From Eledone cirrhosa (lineage: Eukaryota): a stretch of 64,000 nucleotides of DNA. How positions within the stretch are numbered: the first letter of the stretch is position 1; every line of letters starts with the position of its first letter. Location: NCBI GenBank assembly GCA_964016885.1, contig OZ024747.1, positions 5,146,001-5,210,000 of the forward strand, read 5' to 3'. Shown here one piece after another: positions 29,865-45,088 of the stretch. The notes beneath the pieces were generated by a model, which saw only the letters and a list, made by a program, of their open reading frames with translations, was not told the origin of the DNA and ran no database searches. The position numbers were made by a program, and so were the translations under genes.

Positions 29865-30365
29865 CGTTGATGTTGTTGCTGTATTTGTTGCTGTATTTGC
29901 TGTTGCTGTTGCTGTTATTGTTGCTGTTGCTGTTGTTATTGTATTTGCTGTTGTTGATGTTGTTGTTGTCATTGATGTTGTTGATGTAATTGTTGCTGTT
30001 GTTGTCGTTGTTGTTGCTGTTGTTGTTGTATTTGCTGTTGTTGTTGTTATTGTTGCTGTTGTTGTTGTTGTCGTTGATGTTGTTGCTGTATTTGCTATTG
30101 CTGTTGCTGTTGTTGTTGTTGTTGATGTTGTTGTTGTCATTGTTGCTGTTGTTGCAGTTGATGTTGTCGTTGATGTTGTCGTTGTTGTTGTTATTGTTGT
30201 TTCACCAATTCCATGCATCTTTCTGCTCTACCGCCTCATGTCCCTCCGTCCTTCTCAAGTGTAGACAGTATTGCGTGTTCTTACTTTTTTTGATTGGGTA
30301 TAGAGGTTTTTAGGGAGGGGGGGGGGGGTTATTGTTTTGTGCGTGTACTGCATTAGTTTTCTCTT

Positions 30366-30813
30366 GATATGGGGTCTAGTTTGTTGTGTGGTGTAGAGTA
30401 TATGTTATGTGAGTGGTGTGGCGTTGCTGGATATGGGGTCTAGTTTGTTGTGTGGTGTAGAGTATATATTATGTGAGTGGTGTGGTGTTGCTGGATACGG
30501 GGTCTAGTTGGTTGTGTGGTGTAGAGTATATGTTATGTGAGTGGTGTGGCGTTGCTGGATATGGGGTCTAGTTTGTTGTGTGGTGTAGAGTATATATTAT
30601 GTGAGTGGTGTGGTGTTGCTGGATATGGGGTCTAGTTTGTTGTGTGGTGTAGAGTATATATTATGTGAGTGGTGTGGTGTTGCTGGATACGGGGTCTAGT
30701 TGGTTGTGTGGTGTAGAGTATATGTTATGTGAGTGGTGTGGTGTTGCTGGATATGGGGTCTAGTTGGTTGTGTGGTGTAGAGTATATGTTATGTGAGTGG
30801 TGTGGTGTTGCTG
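30366..30813. repeat. 64-bp minisatellite, 7 copies
   Basis: Unit gatatggggtctagtttgttgtgtggtgtagagtatatgttatgtgagtggtgtggcgttgctg. Confidence 0.92.
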
Positions 30814-31171
30814 AATATGTCCTCCATGTATTTAGTTTTTCATATTATATGTTTCAATTTCGAATGTGTGGTATGTGGCTAATATTGATGTGTTGCAGCT
30901 ATCGAGAAAACTGGATGTGTGAGTTACTGGCGTTGCAGTCTCGGATACCAGTTGTTGTTGTTGTTGTTGTTGTTGTTGTTGCTTTTGCTGTTGCTGTTGC
31001 TGCTGTTGCTGTTGTTGTTGTTGTTGTTGTTATCATCATTAGTCTTATTTCCATTGTGTGCTGTCAATGCATTAATAAGCACAACTCTCTCCACATTTCC
31101 TATGTTTGGTGTTGCCAATTATTGAATTCAAAATACGCTTCATATTATACACGCTATTTTCTTTCTGTACG

Positions 31172-31215
<44 letters not shown>

Positions 31216-33345
31216 GTATTATATATATATACGTATTATATATATATATAATACGTATATATATAATATAGATATATATTATATATATATATTACATATA
31301 TATATAATACATATATATATGTATATATATATGTATATGTATACGTATATATACATATATATATGTATGTATGTATGTATGTATATGTAGATATATATAC
31401 GTGCGTGTGTGTGTGGGGGCGCGCGTGCGCACATGTGTGTGTGTAAGTACTGAGATTTTTGTTGTGTATCATTTTTCGGAGCCGAGAAAAAAATGTGTCC
31501 TTTCATTTTAAAGATGATATGTTGTAATTTTATGAGGATTTCGCCGCTATTTCCAATAGGCTTGATCAGAATCTTTCGTGTCATATGATCTAGTCAGTTT
31601 GGGCCACAGAAATTCCATATGTTAACTAGCTTTGTTCTACAAACTCATTACAAGTCTAAGAAAGTAATAATGGTCTGTATTGGGAAAATACATTATAAAT
31701 ACAAATTTCACACATTGAATTAAATCGGTGTGCCATGAAGAGAAGAGAATACTGATGTAAAGCGTAGAACTGTAACCGAAACGTTAGAATTCTCGTCTTT
31801 TCAATTACACTTTGGCACCACTTTTGCTGCTGCAAGTTGAGATCTACATTTTCAGGGCAGATTCCGATAGAAATTGGAGCATACTTTGCTGCAGTGGCGT
31901 TTATAAAGCTGCTTCTAAGATACCATTTCAAAGCTACTGATTAAATATGTCACATTCTTCATTGCCTCACGAAATTTCACCGAGAGGACTATGTCTCATC
32001 TTCCAACAGTATTCGCATTGTCTACTTACTTGATCTTTGTTAACTTCGCAGCACTCTCTATTTTTCTCTGAAAATTTCCTTTGACTAATCAATTCTAGGA
32101 TTCGTCAATCTGAAAAGCCTCTCTTGTGTATCTCTCAAACTGTTCAAGAAGTGACATATTTTCTTTCGCCTCTAATTGCTCTCCCTCCAATCATGCTCTC
32201 TTCTAATGCTTTACTCACCACGCTATTCTTATTAAAGCTGACAGCAGACGCTACATATTAGAGTAACAATACCTCACAGCTGTCAAGATATAAATTTAAG
32301 CCAGTCGTATCGCGGTAGAGTCATATTGCCTATTAAAGTTACATATACTCAACGAGTGGCAGAATCGATAAAGCAATAGTAAAATTGGTTTGCCATATTC
32401 AGTTTTGCTCTTTATGTTCTGAGTTCGATTCCCGTTCAAAGTGACTTACTTTTCCTCACACCCATCCAGGATTCAATAATATTAAGACAGGCGCTGAATT
32501 GGTACAATCGTTAGAACGTTGGATAGAATGATTGGAGATATTTATTTCGGCTTTCTGCACTCTGAGTTCAAATCCCACCGTGGTCAACTATGTTTTTTTA
32601 TCTTTTAGGGGTCGATAAAAAAAGTACCAGTCTAGCACTGGATCCCCTCCCCCTCTCTCTCTCTCCTTCTCTGGAAGATATCAGCTGTGTTCAGACTTGG
32701 AGAGAGGAAGGGTCTCCCAGGTCTAAATTACCCAAGACACTGCCACTGCCACTACCACCACCCTCACTATCACCACTCACCACTATCATCACCACCACCA
32801 CCACCACCACCACCACTATCATCCCTACCACTACTACCACCACCACCACTATCTCCACCACCACTATCATCACTACCACTAACCCCACCACCATCAGCAC
32901 TATCACCATCACCACTATCACCACCACCACGTCTATCACCACTACAACTACCACCACCACTATCACCACCACCACTACCACCACCACTGCCACTACCACC
33001 ATCACCATCACCACTATCATCACCACCACTATCACCACCACCACTACCACGACTACCACTACAACTATCACCACCACCACTATCACCACCCACACTACCA
33101 CTATCCCTGCCACCACCACCATGTGGTCACAGTTGTCTTTCCTTCACCTGTATACTGTCATCAATCCATTCATTTATGTCATTCGTGCCACCAGCCGTAT
33201 CCACTCACGCTTCCACTATTATTAAAACCTTGTATGATAAACAAATAAAAATACATTTTTACAGCCCTCCCCCTCTTCTTAACTGTTTATTTATTCATGC
33301 AATCATTTCATTCATATTTTCTCTCTGTTTTCTCTCCTCTTCTAG

Positions 33346-33620
33346 ATCCTTACTCACTACAACCAAAGCAGCATAAGATCACCAGCAGAAAACCGATGCC
33401 ACCGATGCTAAGCCTACCAAAGAACGTAAAAAGTTCGAGGAGTGATATCGACCAGGCAAACAATAGTCAGATTTCTTCCAACAGCAATGACGTCATCGAT
33501 CTTAAGTCAATAAGAGGGGGGAGCACTAGTAAACTACAACCGTGGAACTTACCATTACGAAACAGCTTTACGTCGTATAGTAAACCTCTACCAGCTTTGC
33601 CGAAAATTCCATATTCGTAA
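33346..33620 (+). CDS. Protocadherin terminal coding exon 3 (DPYSLQPKQH...PWNLPLRNSFTSYSKPLPALPKIPYS*)
   Basis: Long polypyrimidine tract and TAG| acceptor at 33345. The phase-1 join (G+AT=Asp) continues the frame to TAA at 33620. Total CDS is 2847 nt, 948 aa. Confidence 0.82.
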
Positions 33621-33665
33621 TGAACGAATAACCGAAATATCAAAAGAACCAACTGAAATTTTAAA

Positions 33666-33671
33666 AATAAA
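33666..33671 (+). terminator. Candidate polyadenylation signal
   Basis: AATAAA (repeated) about 45 nt after the stop codon. The AT-rich context makes this weak. Confidence 0.35.
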
Positions 33672-33945
33672 ATAAAAATAAATATATATATATGCTTACA
33701 CACATAAATACCAACATAGACGCTCCCATTCAGCTACACACAACCACACACATACACATACCCACTTGATTATAGTAAAGCACTTACACACACACATATG
33801 CATACACACACACTCACTCATACAGTTCTCTCTCAAATTATACCTTACATTCTCAGCTCAAATCTCACTGATGTCTACTTTACCGTTCATCCATTCGGGG
33901 ATCAATGATCGATAAATCAGATACAAGTGATTAATTCTTTCCCCC

Positions 33946-35039
<1,094 letters not shown>

Positions 35040-35712
35040 CCCTCTCTCTCTCTCTCCTTGATACACACACACACACTAGAGTGCAACTGTAATTCAAAGT
35101 TCCATCTTCACAATCATATTGTATATTTTTATGTGAGCTGACAAATACGTGAAAGGTGTCTGTGGAATGCTCAGCCACTTACACACTAATTTCACGAGTT
35201 AGAAATCAGTTCGTCACACAACTGAATGCTTATGATCGAGCCAGATGGAAAACATCCACAATAACGGCCACCATTTTGAAAATGAGATGGGAAGATTTGA
35301 TAATGTCGTTCTAGAGAGTTACGTCAATGCCTGTTCCAATACCTAAAACTCAACAGGTCAGAATTTATACCAGTTTCTGTGGCGTTAAATGACCGAGAGT
35401 ATAAAACTCCCCTCTGGACGGGACGTTAACTTCTATCTGTCACTAGTACTCATTTCTTACTCAGATGGGTAAACTGGAGTGATGTGTCTTGCTCAAGGAC
35501 ACAATGCACCTCTCAATTCGAGAATCGAATTAGCTATCTTAACGGCGTGAGCCCAACACCCTAAAATTGATGTTAGTTTTACAAAATCAAACCCCTGGCG
35601 TTGGGAGCGGGGCTAAAACAACTATAAACATCACAAATCACAATAAGAAATCGAAATATACATAACATACAAACATAAACCAATGATGGTTTCACACAAA
35701 CACAGCAGAGGA

Positions 35713-36044
35713 ATGGGGAGGTAAGCCTGGAGATACAGCTGAACACTACCTTAACATGGGGAGGTATGTCTGGAGCTACAGTTGAACACTACCTTAATAT
35801 GGGGAGGTAAGCCTGGATATACAGCTGAACACTACCTTAACATGAGGAGGTATGTCTGGAGCTACAGTTGAACACTACCTTAATATGGGGAGGTAAGCCT
35901 GGATATACAGCTGAACACTACCTTAACATGAGGAGGTATGTCTGGAGCTACAGTTGAACACTACCTTAATATGGGGAGGTAAGCCTGGAGATACAGCTGA
36001 ACACTACCTTAACATGGGGAGGTAAGCCTGGAGACAATTGAACA
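35713..36044. repeat. 43-bp minisatellite, about 7.7 copies, alternating A/B variants
   Basis: atggggaggtaagcctggagatacagctgaacactaccttaac alternates with atg.ggaggtatgtctggagctacagttgaacactaccttaat. Confidence 0.92.
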
Positions 36045-36892
36045 TCATCTAAAACTGATGAAAGCGGTGGTGGTGATAACTTTTATCTTCGTGCAGATGA
36101 AAGGAACATTATTACAAGGCCAAATTACAAAAAATATATATATATTTAGATGATGATGATGATGATGATGCTGATGATGCTGATGATGAAGATGATGACA
36201 ATGACAACGACGAAAATGACGATGACGATAACAACGATTACGATGCTGATGATGATTATGATGATGATGATTATGATGATGATGAGGATGATGATTATGA
36301 TGATGAGGATGATATGATGATGGCGGTGATGGTGATGAAGATGACGACAACGACGAAAATGACAATGACAATAACGATAACGACGTTGGTAACGACGATG
36401 ACGATAAGGACGATGACGATGCCGATGATTACGATGATAATGGTGATAAAAACTCAGTAAGAAGAACAATAAAACTGAATCTAAGAAAGCCTTAAAAAGG
36501 GACAACATATCTGACGGCGTGATGGAGGCCGCCATATTCTCAATAATGGTCCATTATAAGACGAAAAAAACAAACAAACAAAAGAAAAAAGACAATAATA
36601 AAAATAGTATGTATATATAAAAACAATTGAGCAAATGAGTGGGTAAAAAAATTGACAATGAAAATGTATATATATTATATATAGACAATAAATGATATAT
36701 GAAAAAAAAAGCAAGACTGAAAATATATCTACAATAACCAACATGAACACGTAATGGTAACAAATGTGTATATGTATATATATCTATATTATATATATAT
36801 TAGATATATATTTACATGTATATATATATATTAGATTTATATATATATATAGTATATATATATATATATATATCAAATATATATATATACAG

Positions 36893-36923
<31 letters not shown>

Positions 36924-37165
36924 CAAATATATATATATTTACAGTATATATATATATACTTAATATATATATATTTAATACATATATATATATATATATT
37001 AAAAAATATATAGTTACAATATATATATATATATTTATACAAATATGTGTATACATTAGTAAGTATATAGATAAACGTATATACCCACAAGCACACAAAT
37101 GCACAGACACAGACACACAGATACACACACATACACACAGACACACATATATATATGTGTGTGCG

Positions 37166-37211
<46 letters not shown>

Positions 37212-37310
37212 GATAGATGTTCATTCATACATTTATGTCCATGCGTGCGTGAAAAAATTCTGTAAGAAGATTGTTTGCATGATGAGCGTAATATAAATAT
37301 CTATTATATC

Positions 37311-37445
<135 letters not shown>

Positions 37446-37468
37446 ATGTATATATATATGTGTATATA

Positions 37469-37510
<42 letters not shown>

Positions 37511-37637
37511 TATGTATATGTAATGTATGTATATATATATACATATATATGTGTATATATATATATATATATATACATATATATATACATATATATATAT
37601 ATATACGTATATGTATATATATATATATACATATATA

Positions 37638-37688
<51 letters not shown>

Positions 37689-37801
37689 GTATATATATAT
37701 ACACATATATATATACATATATATATATATACATATATATATATGTATATATATATACATATATATATATATACATATATATATACATACATACATTACA
37801 T

Positions 37802-37876
<75 letters not shown>

Positions 37877-38304
37877 ACCTTAGAGCTTTAGAGAGCTTAT
37901 ATTCACTCAGAATTGCATTACTTAAAGTTTCACATCAGTAAGAAATGACACTTATTTGTAGCTGCAAGTAAAGCAATTCTGAAAACACACGCACACGCAT
38001 TCATAAATACACACACACACACATATACCAATATCTACGTATATACGCACTTACATTTATAAATACATACATACGTATATGTATATACTCTCAGCATGTA
38101 TACACCCGTACAATTGCATAGACACATAACAAACATGCTTCTACGCATGGAAACCATTCCTTAAATGATAAAGGTCGTTATTCCTCGTTTATTTGAGAAA
38201 TAGCCTTTCTCTGTGTTTTATAACTTACATGTATATCGAGAGAGATATGTACATATATATATATATAAATGCATATGTATATATATGCATTTATATATAT
38301 ATGC

Positions 38305-38373
<69 letters not shown>

Positions 38374-39097
38374 TACATATATATTGTCCAAAAGGATTTT
38401 TAAATAAACAAGACAAAACAGATCGACCACCTTCTGTTGGGCAGGTGGTTTTGAAGATTGTACTTATATTGTGAGATTGTTTAGTTTGTTGTTGTTGTTG
38501 TTGTGGTTCTTCTTGTTGTTGTTACCGTTGTTGTTGTTGCAGGCTGCGTTGTTTGATACGATATATCAATATGGTGAAATTTCCACATGTTGAAAATGAT
38601 ATACTTCTGAAAACAAGGTGGAGTGTAATTTACAAAGCTGTTTATGTGAAAGGAAAACACACTATTAGAGGAGACAAAAAATGAGGGCCGAGGAGCAACG
38701 AAAAGAAGAAAAAGGAAAAAGAATCAAACAATTAAAGAAAGGGGATGGGTGAAGGACAGACCCTACACTCCAGCCTGGCCGGTACCTCAGTCGCGCCCCG
38801 CGGACAATGTAATATTACCGTGGAGTATGGCCAGAGATACCCGCTACAACATCTTGTGACCCAGACTTCCGGTATATAAAGTATTTGTCTACTATTTTGA
38901 CAGCTTCAACAAGGTTAGGGGACAGGATTTCTGTTTCCAAGTGTCACAAAGCATGACTAGATAAACAGTGTATTGCACTTCACAATACACAGATATGTAT
39001 GAATGTATGTTTATATGTTGATATATATATGTATATATATATGTATATATATATGTGTGAACGCCAATTATATATATATACATGTATATATATATAT

Positions 39098-39235
39098 AAT
39101 AATTGTTTCTACGTTAGGCACAAGGCCAGCAAATACCCAGTGTATTACTGGTACTTTATTTTATCGACCCCCGTTAGGATGAAAGGCAAAGTTAACCTCG
39201 GCGGGATTTGAACTCAGAATGGCAAGGGCCGTAAC
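39098..39235 (-). mobile_element. SINE family 1
   Basis: Reverse complement of B-box, core and tail. Confidence 0.8.
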
Positions 39236-39977
39236 ATATATATAATAATAAAATGTGGAGAGGGGGCACACGAGTTAGGATATATATATATATATGAAAA
39301 CAGGGAGAAAAAGATGATTATGAGGAAGAAAAATCGGACCAATCTAAAACTGCAACAAACCATCAAACATTTACAAGATTTACCTCCCTCACACGCTACC
39401 TAATCCTTTTTCTTAAATAAATTAAATATCACCCAGCAAGAATTACTTCCCCCTGCATATTAACTCTCTAAAAAGGGAAATCATATCAAACCACAGTCCA
39501 CCGTTTGCCTCCTTCATGAAACCATGGTTCAACTAAACACTCTTGCGATATTAACACATTTTCAACTGCTTAACTTCAATGACTATGCTTGTAAATAACA
39601 TTAACTTTTCTTCCACATTGACTTTTTAAGTTCCACATTATGCACGTTTTTTTTCCTTTTTCTTTTTTCTTTTCACTTCTTAAACCTTGTTTGTGTATAA
39701 CATAATTCTTTCTGCACCTTCTGTTTAACATGTGCGACACCACACTAATACATTTCACTATCATTTGATAATGCATATAAATGCAGAAACCGGTAATAGA
39801 CAATAATTAAATATATAAATAGATAAATAAATGCCATTGTTAAATAATAAATACATCAACTAATACCTTAACACTTCACACAAAGTAAAACATTTCGTTT
39901 TAATCATTTTCTAACCCAGAAAAAAGAGAGAGACAAGAAAAAGGAAAAAGAAATATTTTTCTTCCTCCTCTTTCTCC

Positions 39978-40043
<66 letters not shown>

Positions 40044-40044
<1 letters not shown>

Positions 40045-40553
40045 GTTAAAGAAAGAAGAGTAACATGGTTGGCTGTACAATAGGGACTTTATTTAAAGTA
40101 CTGACAATTGTTTCGTTGATCAGGTGTGTCTAGAGTTCGCTAATCGCTTGAGGTTGCGTCAATCGATCTCCAATACATTGTTTACCACTGGTCAACACAT
40201 AATTCTTGCCTCGAGTGAACTATTTTCATATCTACGTACTCTGATGTGTTGACCAGTGGTTAACAATGTATTGGAGATCGATTGACGCACCTCAAGCGAT
40301 TAGCGAACTCTAGACACACCTGATCAACGAAACAATTGTCAGTACTTTAAATAAAGCCCTTATTGTACAGCCAACCATGTTACTCTTCTTTCTTAAACTA
40401 TTATTACTCCAAGTATAACCTGCATAGAAGTTACCGCAAACTCGCTGCATCACTATGGAAACATCTTGTTGAGTCAAACAAAGCCGTACGTTAAAACTAT
40501 CCACGACGCGGAGTACTCTAACTGGATTACCTATAACGATAACTTGTTATCCC
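40044..40553 (+). mobile_element. Hammerhead-bearing element in (TA)n with 5' inverted copy
   Basis: 40044-40200 is a near-perfect reverse complement of about 40244-40399. A diverged truncated copy lies at about 21800-21890 (-). Confidence 0.7.
40236..40345 (+). ncRNA. Type I hammerhead-like ribozyme, A9U core variant, about 80-nt helix II domain
   Basis: Helix I GTACT/AGTAC. Core CTGATGT. Helix II GTTGACCAG/CTGATCAAC plus inner stems. GAAA, then palindromic helix III ACAATTGT. GUC site after 40340. Confidence 0.68.
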
Positions 40554-40580
40554 ATATATATATATATATATAAATACACA

Positions 40581-40612
<32 letters not shown>

Positions 40613-40710
40613 TTATATACACATGTATATATATTATATATGTGTGTGTGTGTGTGTACAAAAATGCTTACCAATATGAATATTTATCTATCTATCTATA
40701 CATATATATA

Positions 40711-40762
<52 letters not shown>

Positions 40763-40790
40763 TTCACATCTATAGATGTGTGGGGGGGGG

Positions 40791-40830
<40 letters not shown>

Positions 40831-41512
40831 CTGAGTGTCTCTTATAGATAGAAGAAAAGTACTCAATACATAACATAAAATAAGAATATTTTATTAGAAC
40901 CTGAAGTTTGATGAATCGTGACTGTGATATTGAAGTTTACGACGATTCAAATGATTGATATACGAACTAAATGTGACATTGTATAAGCTAAAATATTTCA
41001 CAACAAATCGAGGTGTGAATTATTAAGAGCGCATAAAGATTTGATGGGTTGCCAAGTAATGCGTTGAATAAATGAGTCGGATTTTCATCTTTTCATTACC
41101 TTGTGGAGAAAAAAACATGCAATATTTTCATCTATTCAGTATCTTGTGCAAAACATGAGATCCTCTCATCCCGTCAGAATCATATGTAAAAAAGAAAATA
41201 CGTGAGTAAAGTTATGATACATAGATTGAGTGTTGTTAATGAAATCTAAATGATGAATATATGTTTATGAAATATGGAGTTGTCATTAAAGGGATGACAT
41301 ACACATTATGTTGGAAATCAAGTTTGATACACAGTTGGTGGTTGGAAATCAGAGATCGATAAAATATGTACTAAACTGGAATAGGTTCTGTGGTCTAGCT
41401 ATATGGTGAACTAAAATTGTTGAAGAGTTGAAGGGTTTCCCAGCATGACCGCTGCCTGATGATTGAAACCAGTATAAGAATAAAGGAATTTATGTACACA
41501 CACATATGTATG

Positions 41513-41579
<67 letters not shown>

Positions 41580-41663
41580 CAAAGGAATTATGGTAAGGAA
41601 CCAGATGGACCATAACACACCAAAGTACTCAATACTTAGGGTAGTAGAGTGGGAAATATTTTT

Positions 41664-41695
<32 letters not shown>

Positions 41696-41696
<1 letters not shown>

Positions 41697-41760
41697 TAAA
41701 ATAACAGATTAAAGTTTAAGCAAAGAACCGCTGCATTCACCTTTAACGGGATCTTCTGAA
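41696..41760. repeat. Short TA-adjacent repeat family (also 51419-51480, 59898-59944)
   Basis: Shared taaaataacagattaaagtttaagcaaagaa(c/t)cgctgc..tcacc directly after (TA)n. Confidence 0.6.
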
Positions 41761-41957
41761 TCTAAAAAAATCAATCTGTGAACGCAGAAGTAAATATTTC
41801 GAAAAACGTTGCAACCGAGGGAAAACAGGAAGACGATACTTTGGTTCGTGAAGACGTTCCCTACATGTAGCCTAGATAGATGAGGAACAAAACGAGGATG
41901 TAGTTTATGGAACACCCAAATGATTTAAAGTCAACCATAAGTAGGAGCAATAACATT

Positions 41958-42340
41958 AAGAAAGACATGAAGGACACCACAACACTTTATTTTGAAAATT
42001 TTGAAAGTAGGTTTATAAGTATGAATTTTCATAAGATTTTCGTAGTTGTCTCTGTGGCCTAGCGGTAAGTACTAGAGACGGTGGAAATCATATCCTTGGT
42101 TTCAATCCTGGTCAAGAGGTACATGCAATCGTTTTCAGTTTTTATTTTACAACCCGTAGAAAAAAAAACTGAAAACGTTTACCAGGATCGAACTTCAGAC
42201 CAAGATCACCACCGTCTATGATTCTCCCAACTAGGCCACCGAGACAGCTACGAAAGTGTATTGAAAATTGATACTTATAAACCTACTTTCAAAATCAAAA
42301 TCAAAGTTAAAAAGATGTGGTGTCAGTCATGGCTTTCCTA
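41958..42340. repeat. Diverged palindrome (about 190-bp arms) with convergent tRNA-like Pol III units
   Basis: ttttgaaagtaggtttataagtat..ttcgtagttgtctc.gtggcctag..cgttttcagttttt mirrored on the - strand. Confidence 0.7.
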
Positions 42341-42619
42341 GAGCTATTAGAAATATTTAGGGCCAACTTGTCAATCTGCTGGCCCTTTGGTAACAAACTT
42401 ATTATTCCTATGTGTGTTTAACTGTTGAATAATTGTAATGACTGTTGAATTATCATAATGACAGTAACACACTAGATACATTTAGATAGAAACTTATAGT
42501 CACATTGAGTAGTTTGGGTTAAATGTTACTGTAGTTACCAATTTTACAAATGTTGACATTTTACCTGTTGCACTTAACTTAAAATCAGATATACAGAGGA
42601 CATTCTATAAACATAATGG

Positions 42620-43035
42620 TTTTTGATTTGGGCCCAAGGCCAACAACGTTGGGAGGCAAAAGGCAATAAAATTGACCTCAGTGCATTACTGATACTTTAT
42701 TTTATCGACTCCGTAAGAATGAAAGAAAGTTGACCAAGGCGGGATTTGAACTCAGAACATAAAAGGACAAAACTACATGTTGTCTGATGTGCTACCGATA
42801 TTACCAACCCACAACCCATAAACACACTTATTGTTAGCAGTATCGGTAGAGGGTCTGACGCCTTGCTTTGCAACAAAGAGTTACGGCCCTTTATGTTCTG
42901 AGTTCAAATCTCGCTGAAGTCAACGTTGCCTTTCATCCTTTCGGGGTCAATAAAATAAAGTACCAGTCTGTATAATCTGGGGTCGGCATAATCTACTTTC
43001 TCCTCCCCATAGACTGCTGGCCTTGAGCATCAATT
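42620..43035. mobile_element. Two SINE family 1 copies, head-to-head (- then +)
   Basis: Core on - at about 42620-42800 and on + at about 42835-43035. Confidence 0.7.
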
Positions 43036-43277
43036 AAAAATGGTTGTCGTTGCTGTTGTTGTCGTTAATGTTGATGTTGTTGTTGTATGATATCCGATAT
43101 ATCAATGCTATGGTTACTCACCATTAACTGAGTTGGCGGAACATATCGATAAACCAGTTGGAAGGGGACGACATCTTGTAAGTTTGTAGAATCAGCAGGG
43201 TAGCTGTGTAACTTCAGATGTTAACATTGCCGTCATCACTATGGTGATGACGGCAATGACTGTTATCATCATTATTA

Positions 43278-43616
<339 letters not shown>

Positions 43617-43649
43617 TACATGTTTCTCCATTATTATTATTGTGGACTG

Positions 43650-44281
43650 GCAAAGGCAAAGTTAACCTCGGTGGATGTGAACTTTATGATCTGAGTTCAA
43701 ATCCCGCCGAGGTTAACTTTGCCTTTCATCCTTACGGGGTCAATAAAATAAAGTACCAGTGATGTACTGCGATAATTGCTGGCTGTGTGCCAAAACCATG
43801 ATTCACGGCGTAGAGTTACGCCCCTTTACGTTCCGAGTTCAAATCCCGCCGAGGTTAGCTTTGCCTTTCATCCTTACGCGGTCGATAAAATAAAGTACCA
43901 GTAATGTACTGGGGGGGGGGGCGATTTAATCGACTTTCCCCTCCCCCAAAATTGCTGGCCTTGTGCCTATATAAGAAACCGGATTGGCAGTATCGGTAGA
44001 GGGTCGGGCGCCATGCTTTGACGTATAGAATTACGGTCCTTGCCATTCTGAGTTCAAATCCCGTCGAGGTTAACTTTGCTTTTCATCCTTACGGGGTCGA
44101 TAAAATAAAGTACCAGTAATGCACTGAGTAATTGCTGGCCTTGTTCCAAAAGTAGAAACACTTATTGATTAAGAAAAGTGAGTTGACAAAGGTGGTAGAA
44201 CATCAGATAAAAGATGGAATTTGTTCTGGAATATTGTGAATTGTGAAGAGACTTTGTCAGGAATGTTCGTCCGTGGTCGCA

Positions 44282-44319
<38 letters not shown>

Positions 44320-44500
44320 TTATTTAGACGAGGGCGTTGAATTGGAAGTATCGGTAAAGCCTCAGACAGAATACTTCGCGATATTTAGTTGCAAGATTAT
44401 AGGTTTTGAGTTCAAATCCCGTCGAGGTAAACTTTGCCTTTCATCATTCCGAGGTAGATTGTACTAGTTAAGTACTGAGGTGGATATAATCCACTTTCCC
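43650..44500 (+). mobile_element. Cluster of 4 tandem SINE family 1 copies plus a short inverted fragment
   Basis: gagttcaaatcccg.cgagg repeated at about 43693, 43835, 44050 and 44408. Confidence 0.8.
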
Positions 44501-44599
44501 TTTCTCCTACGTATAGGGTCCCTGTCAGTGGCACTGCTTTGTGTTCATCACCAAGGCACATAACGTTTATATGGTACAGTCTATTTAGATATTAGATAC

Positions 44600-44830
44600 C
44601 AATGTTTGGCACCGCACCATCCTGCAGGCCACCAGTGCATTCGAGTGGTGTAAGCCAGGAGAAGAAGAAAACCTGACGGAAGGACTGGGTCAGGATAGAG
44701 CAAAGCAAAACAGAGGTATTTCCCTGTGGTCGCTGTGGGTAATCTGCCGATCTTGGATCGGCCAGACCAGATACCTAAGCGCATGCACGCTGGGAGGACA
44801 GAGTGGACGCGACCTTTAATTTAAAGTATC
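44600..44830 (+). mobile_element. RTE-like LINE 3' remnant (C-terminal Cys motif)
   Basis: Degenerate FPCGRCG..-type C2H2 remnant. Confidence 0.4.
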
Positions 44831-45014
44831 TTCGTATTGAAGTCATCGCTATGATATAGATACGACAGGGTGAACTGATGTAGGTAGATCCTGCAATATA
44901 GGAGAATTGTGAAATATATCGTTACTTCGTAGCTTGTGCGAATGGCAGCTGTACTATAAATTCTGATATCATTACCTCCCACCACCTCCTTACCCCCCCC
45001 GCACACACACACAG

Positions 45015-45088
<74 letters not shown>

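Noticed and set aside
31640-32240. Coding-like minus-strand stretch in intron 2
   Set aside because: Interrupted frames and no recognisable motif. Probably an old TE remnant.
38862-38885. CTTCCGG plus TATAAA promoter-like motif
   Set aside because: No downstream gene or RNA identified.
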